A DNA stretch of 64,000 nucleotides, from NCBI GenBank assembly GCA_951406725.2, contig OX597818.1, positions 56,606,001 to 56,670,000 of the forward strand. Reading direction: 5' to 3'. Position 1 is the stretch's first letter. Every line of letters starts with the position of its first letter. Source of the stretch: Octopus vulgaris (Eukaryota). The translations under genes were made by a program, and so were the position numbers. The notes under the pieces are model-generated. The model made no database searches. It saw nothing but the letters and a program-made list of their open reading frames with translations, and was not told the DNA's origin. Of the stretch, positions 1 through 12,523 are shown one piece after another.

Positions 1-55
1 GCGATCCTACGACCGCGAGTCCGCTGCCCTAACCACTAGGCCATTGCGCCTCCAC
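1..55 (-). mobile_element. 5' head of tRNA-derived SINE (family C), cut by window edge
   Basis: Reverse complement ggaggcgcaatggcctagtggttagggcagcggactcgcggtcgtaggatcgc matches the head of the copy at 62453. Confidence 0.75.
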
Positions 56-119
56 ATATGTATATATATACATATATGTATACATATATATATATATGCA
101 TACATGTATGTATGTGTGT

Positions 120-330
120 GTATATGTTTGTGTGTCTGTGTTTGTCCCCCCAACATAGTTTGACAACTGATGTTGGTGTGTTTACGTCCCCGTAAATTAG
201 CGGTTCGGCAAAAGAGATTGATGGAATAAGTACTAGGCTTACAAAGAATAAGCTCTGGGGTCGATTTGCTTGACTATAAAGGCGATGTCCCAGCATGGCC
301 GCAGTCAAATGACCGAAACAAGTAAAAGAG
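120..330 (+). mobile_element. SINE family A, 3' half
   Basis: tgtttgtccccc...ttagcggttcggcaaaagag...ccagcatggccgcagtcaaatgac shared with many copies in the window. Confidence 0.8.
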
Positions 331-786
331 CTAACTGTTAGAGCCAAGCTCAAACTCTGCGATGGCACCGTATCGTCCCTGTCCTTCCAGATTATCCATC
401 CATGCCACAGTAAATCTTGTAATCAGCTGTCAGGAGTTTCAAGATTATGTAAGACCACACGGCCGCAAATGACATTTTTCCTCGTGCTCTTCCTTGTTTG
501 TTTAGCCCTAGGTCAGCTTTGATTGAGTAGACCGTCCCGTCTTTTTAATATTTAGAACCACATTGCCTAATGTGTTCTTTCTTTAAGACAGTCAGAAGAT
601 ATTTGAGAGTGATTTGGCTGCTGTTTCTAGCAGATTGACTTGTAGAAACCACTTCATTGATGGGTGGTGAGATAGCAGCAAAATGGATTATCATCTGTTA
701 AATATAACCATTTTCTTTCACATTTCAAAGATCATTCTCGTTAATTTCTGTATAGAAATCTTTAAATCAAAACATCTTTTCTTTCT

Positions 787-870
<84 letters not shown>

Positions 871-1449
871 AAATAAAAGGATGTGTTGATCTAAAGATTC
901 CCATACAGAAATATATACTTATTTCATGTAATTTCCATGTCAAAAAAATAATTTATTTTGATGTTTTAGCAAATTATCCAATTAATGTCGCAACTTTTGC
1001 TGTTCTTTGGATATTTAGCTTCATTAACTAACAGCGGTTGATTTAATTAGTTGAAGATATAATCACATTTGCAGCATGGAATTAATAATTTCCGATAGTA
1101 ATGCAATGGGGAATAAAAAAGGACAAAAAATAAAATAAAAAAACAGGATTATATATTGACATAAAATATTCACAACACAGAACTGAACTGTTGTAAAGTT
1201 ATGGCACATGTCCAGAGAGAAGGTAGACTGTTACTTGTATATTCAGTGTGAGAGATTAAAACACAAACTTAAAATTCAATTTTTAAATTTAGTTCTGGAA
1301 GTATAAGAATGTTCGATGGCTAAGACAAAATATCAAGCTAAACAAATTACAATATTCAGTTTACTACTTCATCTTGATTCCAGGTTCAAATCTCACTAGG
1401 TATAACTTCATCATGTTGGTTACTGTCTCTGAAAGCGATTAAGTGTTAA

Positions 1450-1671
1450 CCCTTCCTTTACTGTATTTATTTTGAGATGCTCTGTGTTTCTTTCAATCAC
1501 TTTAAATATAACAAAGAATTTAGTAAAATAACTTCGTTATATCATTCAGCTAATTTTAGGAACATATTTTGTGACTAAGGTTTGGTGGAAGATTTTAATT
1601 CAGAACATTTGAAAACAAGACATTTGTACTCGGGGCCAGAGCTGGTTTCAGCCGGGTTGGTATCAAAAGGG
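1450..1671. mobile_element. piggyBac-like MITE
   Basis: TTAA on both sides (1446-1449, 1672-1675), CCCTT...AAGGG termini; second copy at 30941-31162. Confidence 0.75.
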
Positions 1672-1689
1672 TTAAATACTAATTTCAGG

Positions 1690-1890
1690 TATGAGCTGCA
1701 AGATGCAGGAGGAAAGAGTGAGAGAAAGTTGTGGCGAAGGAGTCAGCAGAAGTTCCTCATTACCTTCTGCGGAGCCTCGTGGAGCTTAGGTGTTTCGCTC
1801 ATAAACACACATTGCCTGGTCTGAGATTCGAACCCGCGATCTCTCGGCCGCGAGTCCGCAGCTCTAACCACTAGGCCATGTACCTCCACT
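1690..1890 (-). mobile_element. tRNA-derived SINE family C, partial
   Basis: Similar to 4580-4872 and to the reverse complement of 62453-62750. Confidence 0.7.
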
Positions 1891-2187
1891 ATAATAAAAG
1901 GTGTTCCAGGCAGGATCATTTTTTTCTTTTGCCAGCACGGTATACCTGTGATTACATTATCCAGTGTCTCCTTCCTCTCTATATGAGTGTACTGTGCAAC
2001 TTGAAGGATATTTGGCTGTTATTTCTTTCAAATCAAATAACCATATAGAGGCTTCCTCAGTCTATTAGGTGCTTCTCAATCATTTTGATTTCGTGGTACA
2101 CCTGAGATTAAATAGGAATCCCTCTCTCTCTCCTTCTCTGACTCACACATACACACGTCTGTATTGGTCTCTTTCATTTATTAATCA

Positions 2188-2574
2188 CTAGCAGTATCGC
2201 CCGGCGTTGCTCGGGTTTGTAAGGGAAATAACTATATAAGCATTTTTAGAGATGTAAAGTATAATAGCCATCTCAATATGGCTAACCACAAGGGGGGGGT
2301 GTTACTGTAGCTTTTTATGTTCTGAGATTTAATAATTTTTAGAGAGTTACTTCCCTTATATATGCCAAAAATGCATTAAAAATGGGAAAAATTGATGGTA
2401 ATTTTTTTTTAAGTCGTAGACTCATCGTAGACGCGCGCTAATACCCAGAAGGGCTCGATATGAATCACGACTATAAGATACCCGGTTTTGGTTAAACTGC
2501 ACCGCAAAATGTGGGAGTAGTTAGGAATCTGAATCGTAGGAGACAGACAGCATACAACCTCTCTTTTATATATA
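2188..2574 (-). mobile_element. Non-autonomous Helitron
   Basis: On -, begins TATATATAAAAGAG and ends CCCGAGCAACGCCGGGCGATACTGCTAG|T (GC hairpin plus CTAG); no TSD. Confidence 0.75.
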
Positions 2575-2575
2575 A

Positions 2576-2971
2576 CTAGCAGTATCGCCCGGCGTTGCTC
2601 GGGTTTGTAAGGGAAATAACTATATAAGCATTTTTAGAGAGTTATAGCCAAAAAATAGCAAAAAAATGCATTAAAAATGGGAAAAAAATGATAGTAAATT
2701 TTTTTTTAAATCATTGACTCATCGTAGACATTTTTAGAGAGTTACTTGCCTTATATTAAAAAAATATGCATTAAAATGGGAAAAAAATGATGGTAAATTA
2801 TTTTTTAAACCGTAGACTCCTCGTTGAAGCGCGCTAATACCCAGAAGGGCTCGATATGAATCACGACTATAAGATACCCGCTTTTGGTTACACTGCACTG
2901 CAAAATGTGGGAGTAGTTGGGAATCTAAATCGTAGGAGACAGACACACAACTTCACTTTTATATATATAGA
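2576..2971 (-). mobile_element. Non-autonomous Helitron, head-to-tail with the previous copy
   Basis: A|TCTATATATATAAAAG 5' end and hairpin-CTAG|T 3' end on the - strand. Confidence 0.8.
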
Positions 2972-3594
2972 TTTGTAAGTTAAACAGAATTATCAATAAC
3001 TCGTTTTTCAAGATAATCAAGCTTTAGATTACATTTTCTAAAGCTTTGCATTATGTTTTCAAACTGCACCACACCTAAACGTATTCCTAAAGTTGGACTG
3101 GTGTACCGCAGTGCATTATTTGTGAACTTTTGGCCTCGTTACACTCATAGACTGTCCTAGTTCTGATTATTTCTAATTTTAAACCAGACTAAATCTAATG
3201 GCAAATAGTTTCTCCTCATCGTCATTTCATGTCCATTTTCTGAACGATTCTCTTTCCCAAGCCATTCCTCTATCTCTCTCATCTCACCCTTTGCCATATT
3301 AGTATTTCTTATCAACCAAACTTTCACTCTTGTTCTTTACTCACTACATACTGTATCAGGACAATTACCCCCCTATAGGACAACCCTTCCTCCAGCAACA
3401 ACTACCCCCAGGAAAATTACCCCACTTGGTTAATTACCCCCTCTCAAATACATTAAGAAGTTTTAAATTATCTGTTGTCCTTGGAGGGAGGTTATTGTCC
3501 ATGTGGGGTAAATGTCCTAAACTCTTACATACACCTCTACTTCCTTTGCTAACTATCTGTTATGGGTAGCCCCATCACCTCGATGGGGCTGCCC

Positions 3595-3634
<40 letters not shown>

Positions 3635-3744
3635 CAAATCTACTCACAAGGCTTTGCTCGGCCTGAGGTTATAATAGAAGACACTTGCCCAAGGTGCCAC
3701 GCAGTGGGACTGAACCCGGAACCGCATGGTTCGGGAGCAAGCCT

Positions 3745-4118
3745 CTTATTCCTTTATTGCCCACAAGGGGCTAAACATAGAGGGACAAACAAGGACAGAC
3801 ACAGGGATTAAGTCGATTATATTGACCCTAGTGTGTAACTGGTACTTAATTTATTGACCCCGAAAGGATGAAAGGCAAAGTCGACCTCGGTGGAATTTGA
3901 ACTCAGAAGTAAACGGTAGATGAAATACCTACTTCTTTACTACCCACAAGGGGCTAAACACAGAGAGGACAAACAAGGACAGACAAACGGATTAAGTCGA
4001 TTATATCATCCCCAGTGCATAACCGGTACTTATTTAATCGACCCCGAAAGGATGAAATGCAAAGTCAACCTCGACGAAATACAGTGGCAGACGAAATACC
4101 GCTAAGCATTTCGCCCTG
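3745..4118 (-). mobile_element. Nin-domain-like SINE (family B), dimer
   Basis: Reverse complement carries gagttcaaattcc (B box) and gcctttcatcctttcggggtcgat..aagtaccag; two tandem bodies. Confidence 0.75.
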
Positions 4119-4579
4119 CAAACTTCTTGGGAAAACATATTTTGGAATTTTATAACTATTTCACTTTCTTTTAATTCTTAGGAATTATTTTTCTTGCAGG
4201 AAAATTATTTTGAAATTTTCTTCATAACAGAAATGAAAAGAATTTATAAGAATAAGTGAATTTGTTGGCTTAACGAAAGGCGTTGGAAAAAGAATTTTTC
4301 TTGCTCAAGTTTGTTTATGTTGTGGCATTTGACCAACTTTGAATAAACTGTGCCAAACGAAACAAATGCATTGCTGTTGCACCTTTTAATTAAAGTAATT
4401 AAAGTACATTTTGATACGGCTCTCTTTGAAGGCTGATAAACGATATTACTTTAAAATGTGATTTAATGTCTGAATTATCATTAATTAAAATTGTGGATTA
4501 TTGCTAATCATCATCATCATTAAACGGCTGTCTTCCATGCTTGCAAGGGTTGGATGGTTTGGCATGTAATGTTTGTTTG

Positions 4580-4872
4580 TTCCTTCTTGAGCAATACCTG
4601 ATCATAAGGGCCAGTTTCCTGGTTTCCTTGGCGTATAGGTTCCCCACCTGGATGGGATGCAGGTCCTTTGCAGGTGAGCTGCAAGGTGCAGGAGGAAATA
4701 GTGAGAGAAAGTTGTGGCGAAGGAGTCAGCAGAAGTTTGCCATTACCTTCTGCCAGATCCGCGTGGAGCTTAGGTGTTTCGCTCATAAACACACACATCG
4801 CCCTGTCTGAGATTCGAACCCGCAATCCCTTGACTGCAAGTCTGCTGCTCTAACCACTAGGCCATGTGCCTC
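4580..4872 (-). mobile_element. tRNA-derived SINE family C
   Basis: Head ggaggcacatggcctagtggttagagcagcagac... on -; similar to 1690-1890. Confidence 0.7.
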
Positions 4873-5205
4873 CCCTAGATGACTGTGCAAGCTTTGCTGT
4901 CTGCTTTGGCAAGGTTTCAGCTGTCGGATGTCTTTCCTGCTACTAACCACTTCACCGTGTACTCCAGTACATCCATGCTTCTTCCTTTCTATTCACTTAA
5001 AATACCTTTGCCTTTATCCTCATTGTTTAGCATCGTTGTCCTCTTTTCCATATTTTCATGAGTCAGATGGAATTCACTCAGATTTTCTATGGTGAGATAC
5101 CTTTTCTGTTTTAAAGTAAGATAATAATTCTCCTGTAACAAAATATTTTCTTGGAAGATTGGAAATGGACATAGCATGCATGATGATGGCACTCTTTTAC
5201 AACTA

Positions 5206-5591
5206 CTAGCAGCATCGCCCGGCGTTGCTCGGGTTTGTTTTGACCCTTTAGAATTGAAATTTTTGAAACATAAAAGTTTTGTATTATGTAGTTTGTTATT
5301 CTCTTTAAGTGAACATTTTTCGAGTTGAAATACACCGAAAAATGGCGACAGAACAGTAAAAAAAATCGTAAAAAATAGGGATTTTCATAAAAAAAAGCAC
5401 CTTTTTGATGTAAATAATTTTTGGTGTTAAGATGGTCCGATTTGAATTTTTTCTTCTATGGAAGGAAGAGCAAGCCTTCTTCTATCATACTCTCAATTTT
5501 GGTCAAGTTGTGCTGCAGGGTCTCGGAGGAGATAATGTTAGTTGAAGGCTACCAAACCTGCCATACACTGACAACTTCAGCTTTATATAGA
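5206..5591 (-). mobile_element. Non-autonomous Helitron, second subfamily
   Basis: Same hairpin-CTAG 3' end with a different body; close match to 32988-33382. Confidence 0.75.
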
Positions 5592-6074
5592 GAGAGAGAT
5601 TTCACAAAGTCAAGGCAATGGGATAATAGCACACACACGAAATTCCTTTTGGTTTCCATTTACCAAATACACTTGTCAAAGATGCCATGCAGTGGAACTG
5701 AACCTGGAACCGTGGGGTTGGGAAACAAACTTATAATGTAACCATGCTGAAAATTCAAATTCAAAGTTAAGAACAGAAACACCACTTTTACATGAAATAT
5801 ATAAGTTTTAAATAGAAGAGCTATTCATTCTAAATCTCTGAAAGAGAAACATGGAGCAACAGTACAATAGAGAAAAGTTTATTTTCCAATGTGAAGTGGC
5901 AGTCTTGGTTAGGATGGATGTTTCTGTTATTTAGCCCCAGGACAAAAAAAAAAAAAAAAGATCTAAGTGTGTCAATAGCCAACTGGAGAAGATTTTTTGT
6001 CCTGGGGCTAAATGGCAGTAATGTTCATCCTAACCAGGATTGCCACTTTGCTTTGGCAAATAAACTTTACAATA

Positions 6075-6450
6075 GATGCAGGAGTGGCTGTGTGGTAAGT
6101 AGCTTGCTTACCAACCACGTGGTTCTGGGTTCAGTCCCACTGTGTGGCACCTTGGGCAAGTGCCTTCTACTATAGCCTTGGGCTGACCAAAGCCTTGTGA
6201 GTGGATTTGGTAGACGGAAACTGAAAGAAGCCCATCGTATATATGTATATATATATGTGTTTGTATCCCCCAACATCACTTGACAGCCGATGCTGGTGTG
6301 TTTACATCCTTGTACCTTAGTGGTTCGGCAAGAGAGACCAATAGAATAAGTACTAGGCTTACAAAGAATAAGTCCTGGGGTTGATTTGCTTGACTAAAGG
6401 CGGTGCTCCAGCATGGCCACAGTCAAACAACTGAAGTAAAAGACTAAAGA
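6075..6450 (+). mobile_element. tRNA-derived SINE family A, full length (octopus OR/OK-type)
   Basis: tggctgtgtggtaag (A box-like), gggttcagtcccac (B box-like), ccttgggcaagtg, central (TA)n, tail ccagcatggccacagtcaaa. Confidence 0.85.
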
Positions 6451-6591
6451 GAGTTGTATATCAGAAAATACAGTAGTTGTGTTACAGAATATTCTATTAC
6501 ACAAATATATATTTTCCTTCAGCTGTCTTAAATTATTATGATCAACCACTGTAGAGATAATTCTTCTTTCTTTCTTTCTTTCTTTCTTTTC

Positions 6592-6800
6592 TTTTACTTG
6601 TTTCAGTCATTTGACTGCGGCCATGCTGGAGCACCGCTTTTAATCGAGCAGCTCGATCCCGGGACTTATTCTTTTGTAAGCCCAGTACTTATTCTATCGG
6701 TCTCTTTTGCCGAACCGCTAAGTAACGGGGACATAAACACACCAGCATCGGTTGTCAAGCAATGCTAGGAGGACAAACACAGACACAAACACACACACGC

Positions 6801-6831
<31 letters not shown>

Positions 6832-6991
6832 TACGACGGGCTTCTTTCAGTTTCCGTCTACCAAATCCACTCACAAGGCTTTGGTCGGCCCGAGGCTATA
6901 GTAGAAGACACTTGCCCAAGGTGCCACGCAGTGGGACTGAACCCGGAACCATGTGGTTGGTAAACAAGCTACCTACCACACAGCCACTCCT
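6592..6991 (-). mobile_element. SINE family A, full length
   Basis: Reverse complement of 6075-6450. Confidence 0.85.
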
Positions 6992-7361
6992 GTTCTTCTA
7001 GATTAATTTTACTTGGATAATTTTTGTTTTAAAAACTTGTGCATTTTATACATTCTGGGTAAGTCTTGTACCACATTTTAACTGATATTGTTATCATTTG
7101 AAACTTAATTAATCTCAAGCATACCTTCCCTGTAATCACCGTCTAGAACTGCACTTATCAGGTGTTCATAGCTCTCAGCTCAGCTTGGAGAATTTCTAAA
7201 CACAATCGTTTGATGTAATTATTTACTTAGTTACTTGACTCTTCGTATATAAACTAACTTTTAAAGAACTTTGTGGTTTATATAATAACTAAATGCAGTT
7301 GAGAGAGAAAAGAAGAAAGAAAGAAAAAAAAAAGCCAGGCTCTGATATTCATCAGTTTTAT

Positions 7362-7514
7362 GCTGTGTGGTAAATAGCCCGCTAACCAACCACATGGTTC
7401 CGGGTTCAGTCCCACTGCGCGGCATCTCGGGCAAGTGTCTTCTGCTATAGCCCCGGGCCGACCAATGCCTTGTGAGTGGATTTGGTAGACGGAAACTGAA
7501 AGAAGCCTGTCGTA

Positions 7515-7561
<47 letters not shown>

Positions 7562-7770
7562 CTGTGTTTGTCCCCCCTAGCATAGCTTGACAACCGATGC
7601 TGGTGTGTTTACGTCCCTGTCACTTAGCGGTTCGGCAAAAGAGACCGATAGAATAAGTACTGGGCTTACAAAGAATAAGTCCCGGGGTCGATTTGCTCGA
7701 CTAAAGGCGGTGCTCCAGCATGGCCGCAGTCAAATGACTGAAACGAGTAAAAAGAGAGAGAAAAAGAGTA
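7362..7770 (+). mobile_element. SINE family A, near full length
   Basis: Same head, body and tail as 6075-6450. Confidence 0.85.
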
Positions 7771-7949
7771 TGAAAGAAACCACTCTGACAGTTGGTTATC
7801 AAAAACTTGTTCAGATCTAGCAGTGAAATGCATAATCCTGATGGCTGTCATAACTTTCTTTATCTTAACAGTGGAACAACCTCTTGTGGTGATTATTATT
7901 TAATAGTCTAGCAGGGAAATAACTACCTTTTGGCTGTAGGGACAAAAAA

Positions 7950-8166
7950 TTCAATTCAGACCATGTTAACACCAAAAATTATTTGCATAATTTCCCTATT
8001 TCTTACGATCTTTTTACTGCTGTGTCACCATTCTTCGGTGTATTTCAACCAGAAAAATTTCATTTAAAGAGAATAACAAGCTACATAATGCAAAATTTTT
8101 ACTTTTCAAAAATTCCAATTCTAAAAGGTCGAAACAAACTCGAGCAACGCCGGGCGATACTGCTAG
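7950..8166 (+). mobile_element. Helitron 3' half
   Basis: Ends cgagcaacgccgggcgatactgCTAG|T. Confidence 0.7.
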
Positions 8167-8379
8167 TATATATATAAAGACAATGCCCATTATTATATTA
8201 GGAGATTATACATACATTTTAACACTTTACAGTATACTTACATATATATACATAATTCTATACATTGATCTGAAACAATGGGATTACTAAAGGAAGACCG
8301 GAATTTCAGAGAAGAGAAAACCAAAAGGTCTCATGATATTCATTGAAGGATTTTAAAAATCATCTCAAGTGAGTCCAGC

Positions 8380-8892
8380 CTACTTATACATGCCTTTCCT
8401 CCCTTGGACACACAAAGACCTGTTGAGGCAAGCGAAGTCGATATCGAACCTCATCCGACGACAGGCACCCATGCCAACCATGCGAAGACCTGTTGGGGCA
8501 AGTGAAATCGAAATCGGAATCGAAATTGAACCAATCCTATGACTGGCACCCGGCAGATGCCAGGACCCCTGGACTGGTGATACATAAAAAGCACTATCCG
8601 AATCGTGGCCGATGCCAGCGCCGCCTCGACTGGCTTCCATGCCGGTGGCACGTAAAATGCACCAATCCGACCGTAGCCAATGCCAGCCTCGCCAGGCACC
8701 TGTGCAGGTGGCACGTAAAAAGCACCCACTACACTCACGGAGTGGTTGGCATTAGGAAGGGCATCCAGCTGTAGAAACATTGCCAGATAAGACTGGAGCC
8801 TGGTGCAGCCTTCTGGCTTCCCAGATCCATGGTTGAACCGTCCAACCCATGCTAGCATGGAGAACGGATGTTAAACGATGATGATGATGATG
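8380..8892 (+). mobile_element. 5'-truncated RTE LINE (3' UTR only)
   Basis: Matches the 3' UTR of the RTE at 47547-48157: gccggtggcacgtaaaaagcac modules, ggaagggcatccagctgtagaaac, (GAT)n tail. Confidence 0.8.
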
Positions 8893-10387
8893 TCCAGTTA
8901 ATCATTGAGAGGGCGTTGGTGTTGCGTTGGCAGAGGTTTGCACTCTCTGAGCTATTATTATTATAGCTTGTTTAATGCTCTAGGAATGAAATAAATAGCT
9001 CTGATATGTCTCATACTGTAAACTCTAATAATGACACAGCTTTCTCTACTTGAGCTGTGAACTAAAAAGCTCTTTATTATCATATCTTGTTGAATATTTT
9101 ACAAGTGACATGGCTGTTACAATTGCTCATCGTTATTATCTGTGAATTAAGTGGATTTAATAGTTGTCATTCCTTTCCCATGTTTACTGTTGGATGAATG
9201 TAACTGAGCGAGTCTTTTATATTGACTTCCACTACTAAAATGGTGCCATCAGAATACAGAAATTAATACAACACCATTACGCTACAAAGCTTACTTTGTT
9301 TACATAGACCGATTATGTTTTAGTGTTAATAACTCGGACAACATCAGTTAACACTTGTTAAGTTAGTATTAACATATTAAATGTGCGAAGAACTAAGAAA
9401 CTAATTAAAAAGAAACAGTATTAGTCTATGACTAAGGTTTATTTTGGCCAATATGGGAGGCAACTCTGTACCTGTTTTGGTCTTATAGCCTCATCAGAAA
9501 AAGACTTTACTGTATTCATCAAAGTAGTGTAGTGATGCAAGAGTGGGTAAATATACAAGAATGTATGTTCTTTAATGATATCATCATCCAGTGCTTTAAA
9601 TCTAGGTTTAGTCCCCGTTAATAGGGGTGGCCGGATCTACCTCAATGCTATATAGGTACACAGGTGCAGCCCACCCCCAACCTTTGGTTTGACTGGTGCC
9701 CATTCTCCTTTGCTATCATGAGGGCTTTTTTGGAGCTGGATTTTCTATGGGGAGCATGCCCTTGCTTAACCCCAACCTCAGTTTCTAGAGATGAGTGGTC
9801 TTGAGACCAAGGCCTCTATCATGATTTTTAAGAAATGCGGTGGAAAACTAGCTCAGGAAGGCAGAACAAGTTTTCAGATATTTGAAAAACGCTTTTGTAG
9901 TCGTGAATCTTTATTTACATGTACAGGTGAGGACATTGGAGTCCCTGTCGATCTATTTTTGTGTTGGCCTCGTTTGTTCTAACATATTTACATTGGTCAA
10001 CATTTCAATGAAAATTTGCGAAATTCAAACCAGGTTAGTCAGTAGTTCTGAGAAGAAAGACTTCAAGCGAGTGTTTAGTGAGGCATTTTGGGAAGGTGTG
10101 ACGTAACAGGGTGGAGGAAGAAGAAACTAAGAACAAAACACATTGGGCGGATCTGTTCACTTACATATTTCTAAAGCATTCTTTTCTTTTCCTACACACA
10201 AGCACTAATGGTTAGATATTTTACAATTGTACAATGATGTCAATACTTAATATCTTTTCACTGGTGAGCAATTATGTACTGAGTCATATCAACCTAAAGT
10301 AAATGTCTCCTGAACAGTGGAAAATGTGGAAGAAGTTGAATTTGTTGGGTAGGGTTCCACAGGAAACTGGGATAAAATACATATTAA

Positions 10388-10800
10388 GGCATAGACGTGG
10401 CTGTGTGGTTAAGCTTACTTCCCAGCTATGTGGTTTTGGGTTCAGCCCCACTGTGCAGCAGCACCTTGGACAAGTGTTTTTCTACTAAAGATGTGCTTTG
10501 ATCAAAGCATTGTGAGTGGATTTAGGAGACAGAAACTGAAAGAAGCCCAGCATTGTGTGCACGTGTGGGGACACTTCTCTTGACATCACATGATGGTTGT
10601 AAATGAGCATCACTGTCGTATAAGTGGGGTCTCTTCATTTCCTGTGTTCCATGAAAACCTGCCCAGCCATGGAGGTAATATTCCTTGTTTGGAGACAGGT
10701 GAGGGTTGGCAACAGGAAGAGTACCCAGCTGTAGAAAATCTGCCTCAACAAATTCCATCTGATCCATGCAAGTAAGGGAGAGTGGATGTTAAACGATGAG
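10388..10800 (+). mobile_element. SINE with family-A head and RTE-like 3' tail
   Basis: Family-A head then a distinct body ending ccagctgtagaaaatctgcc...ccatgcaag...gttaaacgatg; related copies near 12920-13325, 18150-18460, 19415-19820, 30510-30925. Confidence 0.7.
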
Positions 10801-11957
10801 ATTTATGGTTTTTTCTTTCTTTTTTGGTAGGTGAGTAAGACAGTGCCCATAGTCCATTACTGGGCCCCTGAGACTAGTGGGAGTAGGGAAGATCTCCTCA
10901 ATCTAGAACCCTAGCCCAAATGCTTGCAACTGGGTGGATTTAGCTAAAGGCATCCAAGATGCCTGGTGGTAATATTAAACTGGACAACAGGTTAAGCCTT
11001 CTTATTTCTTTATTGCCCACAAGGGGCTGAACACAGATTTGAACTTGGAATACAAAGGTTAGCTCTATCATGAGGCTTAGAACACTCACCCCTGAATGGG
11101 ACACTGGTTAACTTCCCAACTATTGTTGGAACTCATCTGCTGCTGAGTGGACTTGAGCGGCTGGAAATGAAGATGTTTTGCCCAACAACACTGCACTGCC
11201 TAGCCTGGGAATTGAAACCATGATCTTTCAGTCATGAGTGCTACACCAGGCCACTTACCTTCACTGGACAAAGCATTGGAGCTAAAAATCCATTTTTTTC
11301 TTTACCTCTTGATAGATACGTATTTCAGATAGATTTATACACATTTGTTGCTAATTGATTTTCTAATTAATTTTCATTTATTTGCTTCATATTTAATTCA
11401 TTGTCAAAACAACTGTGTAATCTGGATGTAAAACTATTTGACAAGTAATTATCTTTAAATTGCCAAGCAAACAAAAGCCATTTGTTTGTAAAACCAGAGT
11501 CCAATAAGCTGTGCAACAGCTGAAGACTTTTATTGTTGTTGTTGTTCTTGTCGTCCATGTAGTGAGTGGTATTAATATTATTGCTAGATTCAATTAGATT
11601 CATGCTCTGATGGATATTTATGATGTTATACACACACACACTATGTAATCTGATAATTAAATCATTAATTGAACTCTAACGAAGATCATTCATTATAATG
11701 GTAACAAGAGTCATTTGTTTAATTATATTGACAAAGAATCTACATCTGATCTCAAGACTTGCGAATCAAATGGTCTTGAAAATTATTTGCTCCTGTACCA
11801 AACTGTTAATTATAACTGAAGGTAGATATATACAAGGGGAATTGCTGGACAGTTCCTGGCTTTGAGAGTATTGCAAAACACCTGGTTATTTAACAGGGCT
11901 TACAAAAACCCCGAAGGGCTGTTGCAATAAGTGTGTGAATTTGAGAAGGGAATATCC

Positions 11958-12523
11958 TCTCTTTTTAGTTGTTTCAGTCATTTGACTGCAGCCATGCTGG
12001 AGCACTGCCTTTTAGTTGAGCAAATTGACCCCAGGACTTACTCTTCGGAAGCCTAGTACTTATTCTATCGGTCTTTTTTGCCAAACTGCTAAGTTACAGG
12101 GACGTAAACACACCAACATCGGTTGTCAAGCAATGTTGAGGGGACAAATACAGACATACAAACATACATATAAAAATACAAAATGGGACAAGATCGCAAA
12201 ACATTTGGACAACTAGGTGATACAAAAAGGGACAACAAAACATCCAGATAGACGATACAAAAAAACACGGACGGGTCATTCGAAGCCTTTAATCTTCAGT
12301 CAAGAACCGGATCATCCTTGCAATTTCGGTTGATTAATTTTGAGATTAGAGAGAGAGATATAGATATACACATATATACGACGGGCTTCTTTCAGTTTCC
12401 GTCTACCAAATCCACTCACAAGGCTTTGGTTGGCCCGAGGCTATAGTAGAAGACACCTGCCCAAGGTGCCACCCGGAACCATGTGGTTGGTAAGCAAGCT
12501 ACTTACCACACAGCCACTCCTGC
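11958..12523 (-). mobile_element. SINE family A interrupted at ~12175-12350 by another repeat
   Basis: The two SINE halves flank a segment (caaaatgggacaaga...gacgatacaaa) also seen near 27575-27690 and 61160-61570. Confidence 0.7.

Noticed and set aside
391-448. Possible phase-1 upstream exon for the claudin-like gene (IIHPCHSKSCNQLSGVSRL)
   Set aside because: AG/GT boundaries exist but there is no GLW-C-C similarity; likely chance.
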